A stretch of 64,000 bases of DNA from a virus. Location: IMG/VR virus record IMGVR_UViG_3300021373_000005, one strand, 5' to 3'. The position numbers and the translations under genes are program-made. Each line of letters opens with the position of its first letter. Within the stretch, counting starts at the first letter, position 1. This document shows, piece after piece, positions 17,131-27,675 of the stretch. Below the pieces are notes generated by a model. The model was not told the DNA's origin, did not search any database, and saw nothing but the letters and a program-made list of their open reading frames with translations.

Positions 17131-17934
17131 TTAAGTACCTGTACCATTATTTTGTGGAATGTTATCTGAAACGCTATCAACTGCGTTTCCTAATCTTTGT
17201 AATCTATTCACTGCGTCTTGTATTGACCTTGGCTTCCCAGCTTTAAGTGTTCCTCTTACTGTATCAGCGAATCCTGCGATATCACCAAGAAGGTCTAATA
17301 AACCTCCTCCTCTTGTTGAACGAGCTCCTGTGTTTCCTGCTTTATCAGAACTGAACTTATAATCTTCAATAGCAAAGTCAACTGTTATCATAGCAACTCC
17401 ACCATTTGTCCAATCTAAACTTAAAGGTGATACTTTAGTAGGAAACGCTCTTTGAATTTCTGTAGAGTAATATACTCCTGGCTGACTATCAGTTGAATAG
17501 TGTCGTATTTCTAAATCAGAAACATAGTTATCAGGAAATCCTGCTTCTCCTTTTAACTTACCACCAAACTCAGAATGTATTCCGCCTGCAGAACTATAGT
17601 TCATTACTTCTCTCATCCATCTATGAAAGAACCTTACTGTATTATGATCTGAATCGCAATAGAAAGTACAAGAGATTGGACCGGGTGTTGTTACTGAAGC
17701 AGGTATTGACCTTGATAGTTGTCCTACATAATCCATTGGAGTCGTAGCTAAATCAACACCAGGAAAATCAACTTTATTACAAAATAAACTAAAGTCTCTT
17801 TCGTTAAACTCTGTAAACTTTTCAGTATCATTCATCCATCTAGGTCTGCCCATTCTTACTTCAAATAAAGAAAGCTTACCAGGACCACCCATTCTTTCCA
17901 TGGACGATTTAAATTTATTAATGTTAAACGACAT
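17131..17934 (-). CDS. 54: baseplate-tail tube initiator (gp54/gp19 tube fold)
   Basis: F...F.V, C.KV.FPG, TFYCD.D.....FF..WM, FPT.V..L.L tube-fold pattern; synteny. Confidence 0.65.
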   Translation of the reverse strand: MSFNINKFKSSMERMGGPGKLSLFEVRMGRPRWMNDTEKFTEFNERDFSLFCNKVDFPGVDLATTPMDYVGQLSRSIPASVTTPGPISCTFYCDSDHNTVRFFHRWMREVMNYSSAGGIHSEFGGKLKGEAGFPDNYVSDLEIRHYSTDSQPGVYYSTEIQRAFPTKVSPLSLDWTNGGVAMITVDFAIEDYKFSSDKAGNTGARSTRGGGLLDLLGDIAGFADTVRGTLKAGKPRSIQDAVNRLQRLGNAVDSVSDNIPQNNGTGT

Positions 17935-17940
17935 ATTTTA

Positions 17941-18555
17941 TTATCCTGCTATTATCTTTCTTGAATCTGCCCAAACGGTTCTAGCACCTTTTTTCTGGAA
18001 TTGCGATACTGGTAAGAATAAAGCAATGTCCCATTCAGAAGCTTCTATTTTAATAAACCTAGACTGAACGTGTTTTGCTAAGTACCTTTTAATACAAGGC
18101 TTAAATGCTTTAAACTGTCCTGCCTTTGCTAATACCTCATAGCTTAATTGTAATCTTGTATCTTCGTTATATCTATCATCACTCGATAAACTATACAACG
18201 CATCCATTAATTGTGCTCTTAACTGTGGTGGTAAGTAATGCATATTCAATCCATAGAAACCACCTTTTGCTTTATTTATTGGAAATACAAGTGGAAATGT
18301 ATCGTAATAAGGTAGATCCTCTTTTGTCTTTGGATCATATTTAAAAAAGTACATTTCTCCAATAAATCCTTCGCCTTGTAATCTTGCCTTGGATCTTCCT
18401 TTTTCTGTAGTACTTGTAATTGCTTCTGCTGTGATTTCTCGACCAGCTTTTGATGTAGCTTGGTTACGATACCATTCTCGGGCGGACTTTGTCCTAGCAG
18501 GTATTTCACCGCGTCTTACACCTTTTGCTAATATATCTGAAAATAAGGTTGCCAC
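17941..18555 (-). CDS. 2: DNA end protector gp2
   Basis: GEMYFF.YDPKTK..LPYYD.FPL, GLN.HYLP, PCIKRYL..HV, EWD.A..LP. Confidence 0.92.
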   Translation of the reverse strand: MATLFSDILAKGVRRGEIPARTKSAREWYRNQATSKAGREITAEAITSTTEKGRSKARLQGEGFIGEMYFFKYDPKTKEDLPYYDTFPLVFPINKAKGGFYGLNMHYLPPQLRAQLMDALYSLSSDDRYNEDTRLQLSYEVLAKAGQFKAFKPCIKRYLAKHVQSRFIKIEASEWDIALFLPVSQFQKKGARTVWADSRKIIAG

Positions 18556-19017
18556 TTATCGAGCTCCTGGAATATGTTTTTCGGTCATAATTGTAAATTG
18601 CCAACCTCTATCTGCACAAAAGGATTTTGCTGCCTTCCATTTGGCTTCATTGATTCCCCATGTTTTAACTTCATTTAAATATCTTCTTGATATTCTACCT
18701 GTCTTTGTTTTATTTTTATTCTTCGGATCTGGTGGTCTACATTGAGCACTTGGTTTAATCTCAATCATAATCGTTTGAGGATTACCAAGATTATCTTTCT
18801 TGTGTACTATCACATCCGGAAAATATCTGTGCACTTTACCATCTATCGGAGACCTGTAAGGAACAATCACTTCTTCGGATTGCCACCATATAACATCACG
18901 ATGCATATCCATCCATTTAAACACTTTAAATTCCCATAAAGACCTATAAATAATCTTAGTAGGATCACCTTTATACTTATCGGGATTTTTTGGTCTAAAT
19001 TTACCCTTATATGCCAT
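18556..19017 (-). CDS. 4: head completion nuclease gp4
   Basis: MAYKGKF.PKNP.KYKGD...I.YRS.WE, WQSEE..VPY, HRYFPD, IEIKP, N.AKW.AA. Confidence 0.93.
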   Translation of the reverse strand: MAYKGKFRPKNPDKYKGDPTKIIYRSLWEFKVFKWMDMHRDVIWWQSEEVIVPYRSPIDGKVHRYFPDVIVHKKDNLGNPQTIMIEIKPSAQCRPPDPKNKNKTKTGRISRRYLNEVKTWGINEAKWKAAKSFCADRGWQFTIMTEKHIPGAR

Positions 19018-19038
19018 TATATACTTTCCGTCTACTGT

Positions 19039-19046
19039 TATAAATA
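19039..19046 (+). promoter_or_regulatory. T4 late promoter in the divergent gp4/gp48 gap
   Basis: TATAAATA; a variant AATAAATA lies on the - strand at 19066-19073. Confidence 0.75.
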
Positions 19047-19106
19047 ATCTATTATCCGTACTACATATTTATTAGAATTAAACGGAATGATCCGAGGAAA
19101 TCATCG

Positions 19107-20165
19107 ATGGCAAGACCTAAAAACGTAAAGTCAAACGCATACAAAACTGGAACTGATAGGTTACAATGGCCTTCAGCTTCATTTCCTCATGGAATTCAAA
19201 TGATTTTCAAGAAATATGACTATAAGGAATTTGTGTCAGGTTCAAAAGTTGGTAATTTATCTTCTGCAGCAGCGGCTGCAGGCGGAGCAGCAGGTTCAAC
19301 TCAATGGAGAACGGCAGAACAAAGAAGAGCAGTGGAATCTGAAGCCTTTGTATTAGAATTACCTATTCCAAAATCTCTCACTGATAGTACAGGAGTTCAA
19401 ATCAGTTCATTTGAAAGAAGCTTCATCGAAGAATTTTTAGTATCGTCAGGTCTTGCAGCAGCAGGCGATCCAATTGGTACTGCCAAGAAACTTGGTAATG
19501 CAATTGCTGGTGGAACAACCGCATTACTTACAGGTAAAGGCGGTGATGTAATTGACGGTGATATAGGAAAAACCTTTGCTCGTCTTATCGGTACATTAGG
19601 AACAAGTGTACTTGGTGGTTTAGGTATCGGAGAAAAATCAATTGGTGCTGCAATGGGTTCAGTTACAAATCCTTTAACAACATTACACTTTAGTGGAGTT
19701 GACCTTCGTTCATTTACTTTTGATTGGCAATTATATCCAGCAAATCCTCAAGAAGCAGATAGTATACGTGATATTGTTAAAAAAGTAAAAGCAAAAATAT
19801 TACCTAAAGTTCAAGGACTAGTTCCATCAGAACAATCAGCTGCAGCACTTACCGCATCTTCAATAGGAAAAGCTTATTTAGAATATCCTTCAGTTGTTTA
19901 TATTAATCTTTTAGGTGTTAATGAAGATCACTATCCTAAATTTAAACCATGTTTGTGTAGTAATATTACAATTAATTATGCAGAAGGAAATGTCTTGACA
20001 GTTGCCGAAGGTGGTGTACCGATGGGCATTTCAATTCAAATGGCTTTCCAAGAACTCGAAATACAAACTGCAGAAGATTACGATGCAGATCCGAACGCAG
20101 GAGTCTCGTTTGACTTGGTTGCTGAAGTATCAAACGCCACACCTACAGATACAGGAACAGAATAA
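19107..20165 (+). CDS. 48: baseplate tail-tube cap gp48
   Basis: NP...LHFSGVDLRSFTF.W.L.P.N..EA..I..I, YP....I, FKPC....I.INY. Confidence 0.85.
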   Translation: MARPKNVKSNAYKTGTDRLQWPSASFPHGIQMIFKKYDYKEFVSGSKVGNLSSAAAAAGGAAGSTQWRTAEQRRAVESEAFVLELPIPKSLTDSTGVQISSFERSFIEEFLVSSGLAAAGDPIGTAKKLGNAIAGGTTALLTGKGGDVIDGDIGKTFARLIGTLGTSVLGGLGIGEKSIGAAMGSVTNPLTTLHFSGVDLRSFTFDWQLYPANPQEADSIRDIVKKVKAKILPKVQGLVPSEQSAAALTASSIGKAYLEYPSVVYINLLGVNEDHYPKFKPCLCSNITINYAEGNVLTVAEGGVPMGISIQMAFQELEIQTAEDYDADPNAGVSFDLVAEVSNATPTDTGTE

Positions 20166-20545
20166 TGAGTAAGAAATATTTTGAAGATTTTCCAATTATT
20201 AATTATCAAGGCCGAAAGGTTAGAGATATATCAAGAAGAGCTTCTTTTGTAAGAGCAGTATCTACTAACCCCTATGTATATTATTCTTATACAGTTCAAG
20301 AAGGTGAAAGAGCTGAAGATATTGCTTTGGAATATTACGGTTCAGTGGATTATGTTTGGTTAGTTTATATGGCTAACAATATTGTTGACCCGTATTACGA
20401 ATGGCCGATGGATGCACAAACGTTTAATGATTATTTAGTTTATAAGTACACAGACCAGTCAGGTGAAGTTGGAGAGGATGTTGTCACTTGGACGAGAAGA
20501 GAAGACATTGATGAAAACATATTATATTATATCAAAAAAGTATAG
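20165..20545 (+). CDS. 53: baseplate wedge gp53, N-terminal part
   Basis: YF..FP.I.Y, Y.V..GERAE.IA..YYGS....W.V..AN.I.DPY.EWP. Confidence 0.88.
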   Translation: MSKKYFEDFPIINYQGRKVRDISRRASFVRAVSTNPYVYYSYTVQEGERAEDIALEYYGSVDYVWLVYMANNIVDPYYEWPMDAQTFNDYLVYKYTDQSGEVGEDVVTWTRREDIDENILYYIKKV

Positions 20546-20554
20546 GAATAGCAA

Positions 20555-20812
20555 ATGGCAGTAAATGATATTATTTTAGCACCGGAATCATTCCGAACGA
20601 TTTATCTTCGTAGAGAAGACCGCGTCATTCTGCGTACCGAACGTGGTGAAAAGATAATCATCAAAAGAATTATTCCTGACGATTGGGTAGCTTATCGTAT
20701 TTATGAATACGAAGAAACCATTAATAACAATAAGAAAGAAATCTTTTTGTTTGATAACGCATACTTAAATCAACTTAATCGAGAATTTACTAAAAGTATA
20801 ACTGGTACATAA
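20555..20812 (+). CDS. gp53 C-terminal-like polypeptide encoded as a separate ORF
   Basis: YEYEE..NN.KKEI.L....YL.Q resembles the gp53 C-terminus; same frame as 20165, separated by TAG GAA TAG CAA. Confidence 0.7.
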   Translation: MAVNDIILAPESFRTIYLRREDRVILRTERGEKIIIKRIIPDDWVAYRIYEYEETINNNKKEIFLFDNAYLNQLNREFTKSITGT

Positions 20813-22113
20813 TGGAAACTTTTAACCCTGGATATTGCACAATAGAATCTGCTATCCTTACGAATCATCGTGGGGATGAAGAGAATATTACTGGAATGAT
20901 TGGAGGTCTTTCTTTACTTCAGTCAATGGCGTCTGTTGCTTTATCAGGTGAAATTGAATTATTAGACGGTGTAGGACTTATTAATAGTCTTCCTATTCGT
21001 GGTGAAGAAGGATTAAAGATACAACTTAAATGTCACGATTTACAAACCGAAGTTAATTTAGATTTACAAGTGATTGAAATTGCTGATGTAGTTCAGCAGC
21101 CAGGCTCAGGTGATATGTATGCTTATGTTTTAAAGTTTATCACAAAGTCTTCTTTTAATGCAGCAAAACAAAATGTCATTACTGCGTTTAGAGATAAGAA
21201 GGCTTCTTTTGCTGTTAATAATATTTTTAAGAAATATTTTAAACCAAATTTTGAAGCATCAAGAAAATTTAATGTTGAAGAGTCAGAAGGTAATATGAGA
21301 GTTATTATTCCTGACTATACTCCACAAGAAGCAATGAAATTCTTAGCAGCAAAGGCATTCTCTAAAAGTTCAAAGTCAGCAACATATAGATTCTTTGAAA
21401 CGACAAGAGGTTATAATTGGGTTACTGATGAATGGTTATTATCTGAAGCACAAAAAGGTGAAATTAAAAAATTAAAGTACACTGCGGTTGTTGATAGAAA
21501 TCCTTTAGATGGTCCTGTCATTATGGAAACATTAGAAACTTTTAATCAAGCATCTCACGTTTCAACAATGAACGATATGCATAAAGGTGCTTATAAGAAT
21601 GTTGTTATGGAGATAGATTTAACAACACACAAGAAAAGAGAATTTCATTATGATTACCTAAAGAAGAAAGGTTCTTATAAAGGAATGCAAGGACAAATTG
21701 GTGGAATCTCTGGTGGTAAACATACTGTTGAATTTATTAACGATACATTTACAAAAGAAAATGCACCTCAAAGTATTGTGTATAGAGATTGGACTCCTTC
21801 TGGGAAAGAAGTAGCAGACGGTCAAGTAAATCGTGAAGAACAACATATGACTGAGATTATTCAAAATAGAAAAGCATATAATTATCATATGACAAATAAT
21901 ATGTGTACTGCTGGAATGAGAGGAAGAATAGATTTAATTCCAGGTGAAGTAATTAATTTATCAATTGTAGAACCTAATGCTCTTATGGAAGGAGAGCAAA
22001 ATAAAAGATTAAGTGGTTATTATTTAATTTATGCTACTGCGCATAATATGACAGGCGATAGTTTAGAAACATCTCTACAGCTTGTTAAATTTGATTGGGA
22101 AACTGACGTATGA
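20812..22113 (+). CDS. baseplate hub protein (gp27-like)
   Basis: Directly upstream of gp5; G.I.L.D..G, F.FFET..G, G...L..G.VI.L, SG.YLI pattern. Confidence 0.65.
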   Translation: METFNPGYCTIESAILTNHRGDEENITGMIGGLSLLQSMASVALSGEIELLDGVGLINSLPIRGEEGLKIQLKCHDLQTEVNLDLQVIEIADVVQQPGSGDMYAYVLKFITKSSFNAAKQNVITAFRDKKASFAVNNIFKKYFKPNFEASRKFNVEESEGNMRVIIPDYTPQEAMKFLAAKAFSKSSKSATYRFFETTRGYNWVTDEWLLSEAQKGEIKKLKYTAVVDRNPLDGPVIMETLETFNQASHVSTMNDMHKGAYKNVVMEIDLTTHKKREFHYDYLKKKGSYKGMQGQIGGISGGKHTVEFINDTFTKENAPQSIVYRDWTPSGKEVADGQVNREEQHMTEIIQNRKAYNYHMTNNMCTAGMRGRIDLIPGEVINLSIVEPNALMEGEQNKRLSGYYLIYATAHNMTGDSLETSLQLVKFDWETDV

Positions 22114-23828
22114 TTAATCAGTCGGGTATAGGACAGCCTCAATTCTTTATAGGAATTGTAGAGAATAATGTAGACGAATCTCGAGAAGGGAAGATTCAAG
22201 TACGTGCGTTTGGAATACACGGAACACATTCTGATATTAAAACTAAAGATTTACCTTGGGCACTATGTGCTTCAGGTTCTTACGATCCTAATAATCCACC
22301 ACCTCCTCTTAATTCTTTTGTATATGGTATGTTCCTTGATGGAAGAATGGCACAACATCCATTAATACTAGGACTTATCCCAGGTACTTATAATACTGAA
22401 TTAAATCCTAATGAAGATGGGTATGGTGTTGTTGCTGCTAAAGATGGTGAATTGTTAGGTGGCACTTATGCTCCTAGAAATTTCAATGCAGGTGGCGGTC
22501 CTGATAAATTAGCAACAGGTGAAAAGTTATTAGAAACATACTTATTAGCAATGGCAGCTAATCGTGTTCATGACCAAAAGATTGCTAACAGCGATGAAAC
22601 TTGGGCTGAACCTACTCCTGCTTATAATGCAAAGTATCCTTATAACAAAGTAATTAAAACAGCAAGACATTCAATTGAAATTGATGATTCTCCCGGCGCT
22701 GAAAGAATTATGATACATCACAATAGTGGTGCTTATATTCAAATAGATGCAAAAGGAACAGTTTCAGAAAAAGCAACAGCAGATCGTTATGAAGTTAATA
22801 TTGGAACAAAACATGAATCGTCAGGTCATAGTGTAGTTACGATTAACGGTAATGCTCATGTATATGTAAAAGGTAATAAGACCGAAGAAATTGAAGGTGA
22901 TTATAGAATGCTTGTTCATGGCAATGCCGAGTTTGGTGTTGGTGGTCAAATGAATTTGAATGGTGGTGAACAAGTTCAGTTAAGAGGTGGAGATGTTAAG
23001 TTAGAAGCCAACGCAGGTATTATGACTGTCTTTGGTAAAAAGGAAATACAGTTTGAGTCAGTCAATCAATTAAACTTCGTTGCTAAGAACATTAAAAATA
23101 CAGCATTAAATACTTATGATGTATTCTCAACAAAAGCAATTAAATTATCTACACCAGGTGATATACATAATACTGCTTCAAATATAATCAGTTTAGCAAG
23201 TGGATTAATACCTCCTACTCCTTTAACAGGAACATCAGTACCAACACCAGGATGGAGTTTAACAACGCCTGCTATGCAAATTGCTTCTATCACAACTTCA
23301 CATACTGGAGTATTTAATACAACTGCTGTGAATTCAGGTGCAATTACTTCAAGCAGTGTTGTCAATTCTCCATCAGTTATTGCTACATCAGTCGCGGCAA
23401 CAAGTGGTGACTTTACAACATTAGGTGCTCCACTTATGACTGCTACAGGTGCTGCATATAATGGTGCTTATCGTCCACCAGTTGTAAGCGTATCAATACC
23501 AACTGTACCTGGTTTAATACCTCCTGCTGTTTCCGCACCTGTCGTTGCTCCTCTTCCTGGGATTACTTCAGGTTGGGCATATCCTACAGGTAATAGTGCA
23601 GAGTTCTATGCTAAGATATTAAATCCTGTATCTGCTTTCTTATCTGTTGTAGCTGACTTTACACCTTTTGATTTTGGTGCTTGGGGTATGACACAAGCTA
23701 AGATGCCTGAACCACCAAGCAAGTCAACATCTATTGTTCCTCAAGGATATTTCGCAATGGGTTATTCGGCAGGTGTTCTTGCACCTATTGATGATTCTGC
23801 AGTTGACACAACTAGGAGTATTTTATAA
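22110..23828 (+). CDS. 5: baseplate central spike gp5 (OB fold; no lysozyme domain seen)
   Basis: FFIG.VENN.D....G...VR.FG.H, LPWA, V.G.FLDG...Q.P.ILG, YPYN.V, H..E.DD.PG.ERI. Confidence 0.88.
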   Translation: MINQSGIGQPQFFIGIVENNVDESREGKIQVRAFGIHGTHSDIKTKDLPWALCASGSYDPNNPPPPLNSFVYGMFLDGRMAQHPLILGLIPGTYNTELNPNEDGYGVVAAKDGELLGGTYAPRNFNAGGGPDKLATGEKLLETYLLAMAANRVHDQKIANSDETWAEPTPAYNAKYPYNKVIKTARHSIEIDDSPGAERIMIHHNSGAYIQIDAKGTVSEKATADRYEVNIGTKHESSGHSVVTINGNAHVYVKGNKTEEIEGDYRMLVHGNAEFGVGGQMNLNGGEQVQLRGGDVKLEANAGIMTVFGKKEIQFESVNQLNFVAKNIKNTALNTYDVFSTKAIKLSTPGDIHNTASNIISLASGLIPPTPLTGTSVPTPGWSLTTPAMQIASITTSHTGVFNTTAVNSGAITSSSVVNSPSVIATSVAATSGDFTTLGAPLMTATGAAYNGAYRPPVVSVSIPTVPGLIPPAVSAPVVAPLPGITSGWAYPTGNSAEFYAKILNPVSAFLSVVADFTPFDFGAWGMTQAKMPEPPSKSTSIVPQGYFAMGYSAGVLAPIDDSAVDTTRSIL

Positions 23829-25375
23829 TGGCTGAAGTATGTATTGACAGAAATGACCAAACAACTCAGAATAAGTTATCCTTAAGTCCTAAACCTATTG
23901 TTGACCAAGAAGGTAGATATACTCTTGCTCAGATTGATGCAGTGACTGCAGAGATTGCACAAAGTATTGTTAATGAAGCAGAAACGAATCCATTATCAAA
24001 AGCAGTTAACAAATATGGACAAACATTATATAATGCAACCGATTATTTAAATAACTTATTAAGACAAAAGATTGGTAATTTAGATTCTTATCCTGACCTC
24101 GCAGGAAGATGGGAAAGAGGTAATATTTCTAATTTGGAAATGGCTGACTTTCTACAAAATTATAATTACACTCCTGATGGATTTTTAAACGAAAACGATA
24201 CAGTAAGACTTGCTCGTAATTTAGATGCTTATTATAAAAACGATTTCAGTACAAGTATCCTTGGTGGATTCTGTGATAGGTTTGATTCTCTCTTTGCTTC
24301 AATTGATGCATTCTTTGATTTAATCGGACAAGTTGAAGCTCTCGTAGGTCAAGTATTAGATATTATTAATAAAATAAGAACATACGATGGTATAAAAGAT
24401 TTAACCGTCGCAGGTTTAGTTGAAAAACTAATTGATGAAGTTAAGAAAAAGATTGAAGATGTTATTGATAAAATCTTTCAAGAAGTACAAGACAAAATAG
24501 ATAACTTTGACCCAGCAGGTATTGTCGCAGGATTTGAAACTTTTGTAGACGCAAAGGTTGTAAAAGGTATTATGACAGTAAGAGAACAATCTTGTGCATT
24601 CTTTACTGACGCAAATAAAAAAGGTATTAAAGATAAAATAAGTGGATTAATTGATTACGCAGTAAGTTTATTTGAATCACCTGGAATCGAAGAAATACAA
24701 TTCCTCATTGCTCGTATATGTGCTCTTGCTGGAAACATAGAAGCCCTTATTAAGGACATTAATTCTCCACTTGATAATTATACATCCAGGTACAGTACGA
24801 TTGTAAACCGCCTTAAACGAATCTCTCAAATCAATGAATCGTCAGCGGTAAGAGCCGGAGCTATAAGGTATTCCCCAACAACTCGTCAAGAGGTAATAAA
24901 TAGATTAGAAGGCAGATGGACTGAGACGGGTGGAGAGGTCATTACAAATACAGGTGAACCTCCACAAAATATAGCACCAATTACTGCAGCAGATTATAGA
25001 GATCTTCCAAGATGTGGAGCAGTATTTAAAGGTAGTGATACAAGCTTTGGAGTTGAAGGAGATTCTTTTGACGAAAAAGAAGGTGATGGAATATATGCTT
25101 ACACAAGAGTTGACCTTGATGTTAAAGTATATTTGAAAAGAGTACAACAGGAAATCGGTACCAAGCTTATTATTACAAATGGTTGGGTAAGTAAAGCTTA
25201 TAATAAAAAGAAAGAATACGCAGAGGATAATTCACATTTAAGTGGAATGGTAGTTGACATTAAGAAGACAGATTTTGAAGCAGACCAATTTATTGAATCT
25301 GCATTTAAAAATGGATTTAAATATGTTAAAGAATACGACGATTTCATTCATTTAGATTTAAGAGAAATATTATAA
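23828..25375 (+). CDS. helical virion protein with a C-terminal peptidase M15 domain
   Basis: SHLSGMVVD (H-x6-D) and FIHLD zinc-ligand motifs at the C-terminus. Confidence 0.72.
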   Translation: MAEVCIDRNDQTTQNKLSLSPKPIVDQEGRYTLAQIDAVTAEIAQSIVNEAETNPLSKAVNKYGQTLYNATDYLNNLLRQKIGNLDSYPDLAGRWERGNISNLEMADFLQNYNYTPDGFLNENDTVRLARNLDAYYKNDFSTSILGGFCDRFDSLFASIDAFFDLIGQVEALVGQVLDIINKIRTYDGIKDLTVAGLVEKLIDEVKKKIEDVIDKIFQEVQDKIDNFDPAGIVAGFETFVDAKVVKGIMTVREQSCAFFTDANKKGIKDKISGLIDYAVSLFESPGIEEIQFLIARICALAGNIEALIKDINSPLDNYTSRYSTIVNRLKRISQINESSAVRAGAIRYSPTTRQEVINRLEGRWTETGGEVITNTGEPPQNIAPITAADYRDLPRCGAVFKGSDTSFGVEGDSFDEKEGDGIYAYTRVDLDVKVYLKRVQQEIGTKLIITNGWVSKAYNKKKEYAEDNSHLSGMVVDIKKTDFEADQFIESAFKNGFKYVKEYDDFIHLDLREIL

Positions 25376-25795
25376 ATGGCATTAGTAGATTACATATCAC
25401 CGAAAGCAAAGAAGGTTAATCTTTATTCTGATTTCAGAAAGGATTTAACTACGAGTCCTGTATCAAAAGACATTGTCTTACTTAAAGATGAAAATGCAGT
25501 TAAAGACGCAATTAAGAATTTAATTTTAACCGACCGTGGTGAAAGACCAATGCAGCCTTTCTTGGGTGGAAGTATACGTGATATGCTTTTTGAAAATCTT
25601 ACACCAGGTACAATGAAACTCATTAAAGATAGAGTAGCATCTACAATAAAAACATATGAACCGCGCGCTGAGTTATTAGACGTATATGTTTCTGGAGATT
25701 TGGATAATGGTCAAGTTGTTGTAAGAATTACGTTTTATGTTCAAAACGAGCAACAACCAATTAATTTAGATGTTATATTAAAAAGGAATAGATAG
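25376..25795 (+). CDS. 25: baseplate wedge gp25
   Basis: YSDF, AVK.AIKNLILT..GERP.QP..G..I...LFE, I..YEPR. Confidence 0.93.
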   Translation: MALVDYISPKAKKVNLYSDFRKDLTTSPVSKDIVLLKDENAVKDAIKNLILTDRGERPMQPFLGGSIRDMLFENLTPGTMKLIKDRVASTIKTYEPRAELLDVYVSGDLDNGQVVVRITFYVQNEQQPINLDVILKRNR

Positions 25796-25797
25796 AG

Positions 25798-27663
25798 ATG
25801 GCAAATCCAAAAACACCAATTACCGAATTAGATTTCGCGGCAATTAAAGAACAGTTTAAAGTATATCTTCAAACGCAAACGCAGTTTAAAGATTACAACT
25901 TTGAAGGTTCAAATATGTCTGCACTACTTGATGTACTTTCATTTAACAGTTATCAAAATAACTTCTATACAAATATGGCACTTAACGAAATGTTTCTTGA
26001 CTCTGCCGTCCTCAAGAATTCAATCGTATCTCATGCAAAAGAATTAAATTATATTCCAAGATCACGTAAGTCTGCCAAGGCTGTTTTAAATCTAACTATT
26101 AATGATACAACAACGAATGCTTCAACAATTACAGTTCCTCAGTATTTTGAATTGTCTGCTAACTATCAAGGTGAAAGTTATAACTTTGTTACTAATGAAG
26201 CTTATACAGCAAGAAGAACTGCACCAGGAGTATATGAAGCACAAAATGTTGAATTCTTTGAAGGAGAAATGTTACAGAGTTTCCAAAGAGAAGGATTTAT
26301 TGTTGATGCTGATGGAGTATTAAGAGTTTATTTAACAAACAATGAAGTAGATACTGATTCACTTGTTGTGTTTGTTGATGCTGAAGCAACTGACGATGCA
26401 AATGTATTTACAAGAGCAACAACTATCTTTGGTGTTAATCCTACAGATAAAGTATTTTATTTAGAACCTTATCTCGATGATCGTTATTCTATTTACTTTG
26501 GTAAGAATCAGTTTGGTTTACAACCTGAAGAATTTGAAGATGTAAGAGTAAGGTATAGAATCTGTTCAGGTGCAGAACCTAACGGTGCCGCAGAATTTGG
26601 AACTGGTTCTATTAACGATACAGGAACAGTATCAGCAACAGTTGTTCAAGCAGCAGCAGGTGGTCAAGAAAGAGAGTCAATGGAATCTATTCGATACTTT
26701 GCTCCTAAGGCATTACAGGTTCAGGAAAGAGCAGTAACGACAAAAGATTACGAAGTATTATTACAACAGGCTTTCCCTGAAATTACAGCGGTTTCTGCTT
26801 ATGGTGGTGAACAACTTGACCCACCTCAATATGGCCGTGTTGCTATTTCAGTTTACTTAAATGATAATACTGAAATCATTTCTTCAACATTATCTAATTC
26901 ATATATTGCATATTTAAAAGAAAGAGCACCACTAGGTATTGAACCAATCTTTGTGGCAACTGAATTTGTATACGGTGATATGGCAGTTAATGTAACTTAT
27001 ACGAGAAAGAATACAGAAAAATCAAAAGCTGAATTAGAATCATTAGTACGAGCTGCGATTCAAAAATATTCTGACGACAATCTCGAAGGATTTGATAAAT
27101 CATTACGTGTATCAAAACTTTCAAGTATTATTGATGGATTAGACACAGGTATTGAGAGTAATGAAATTTCTGTATTGCCTATTATTGAATATTCACCTCC
27201 ACTTAATTTTAATACAAATCCTGCATTTAGATTTGAAGCAGAATTAATTAAGCCCTATCCTTTCAAGAGTGCAAACGGTTTCGTAGATTATAAACCTGCG
27301 ATTAAGTCAACAGTATTTGATGTTGATGGTACTTGTGTATTCTTACAGGATGATGGTCAAGGTAATGTGATGACAATTACAGATGAAGTTACGAATCCAC
27401 AAATTATTAATCCTACTGCAGGAACGGTTGATTATAAAACAGGTGAAGTTAAATTAACAAACTTTAAAGTAGAAACATTTACAGGCTCAGCAATTAAGAT
27501 TAGTGCAAAAACTAAAACTGCTGATATTAAAGCGCCAAAAGGAAGAGTATTCATTATAAGAGATACTGATGTTAAAGTAACGATGAACTTGTCAGAATTT
27601 AATAGACCTATTGCTACGCAATCAGCAACGAATCCTCCAACAGGAACAACGACATCTTATTAA
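25798..27663 (+). CDS. 6: baseplate wedge gp6
   Basis: LDF..IK.....YL..Q..FKDYNFEGS.MS.LLDVL, EMFLDSA, Q.RAVT..DY. Confidence 0.95.
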   Translation: MANPKTPITELDFAAIKEQFKVYLQTQTQFKDYNFEGSNMSALLDVLSFNSYQNNFYTNMALNEMFLDSAVLKNSIVSHAKELNYIPRSRKSAKAVLNLTINDTTTNASTITVPQYFELSANYQGESYNFVTNEAYTARRTAPGVYEAQNVEFFEGEMLQSFQREGFIVDADGVLRVYLTNNEVDTDSLVVFVDAEATDDANVFTRATTIFGVNPTDKVFYLEPYLDDRYSIYFGKNQFGLQPEEFEDVRVRYRICSGAEPNGAAEFGTGSINDTGTVSATVVQAAAGGQERESMESIRYFAPKALQVQERAVTTKDYEVLLQQAFPEITAVSAYGGEQLDPPQYGRVAISVYLNDNTEIISSTLSNSYIAYLKERAPLGIEPIFVATEFVYGDMAVNVTYTRKNTEKSKAELESLVRAAIQKYSDDNLEGFDKSLRVSKLSSIIDGLDTGIESNEISVLPIIEYSPPLNFNTNPAFRFEAELIKPYPFKSANGFVDYKPAIKSTVFDVDGTCVFLQDDGQGNVMTITDEVTNPQIINPTAGTVDYKTGEVKLTNFKVETFTGSAIKISAKTKTADIKAPKGRVFIIRDTDVKVTMNLSEFNRPIATQSATNPPTGTTTSY

Positions 27664-27675
27664 GAGAGAAGAAAC

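Noticed and set aside
18556-19017. TnsA-like nuclease read as a transposase or mobile element
   Set aside because: Motifs and position next to gp2 identify it as the T4 gp4 head completion protein; no inverted repeats or other transposon genes are present
20543-20551. Genome-wide TAG stop-codon reassignment suggested by the gp53 split
   Set aside because: Long genes have no internal TAG, and several genes (e.g. regA, gp26, gp25) end correctly at TAG
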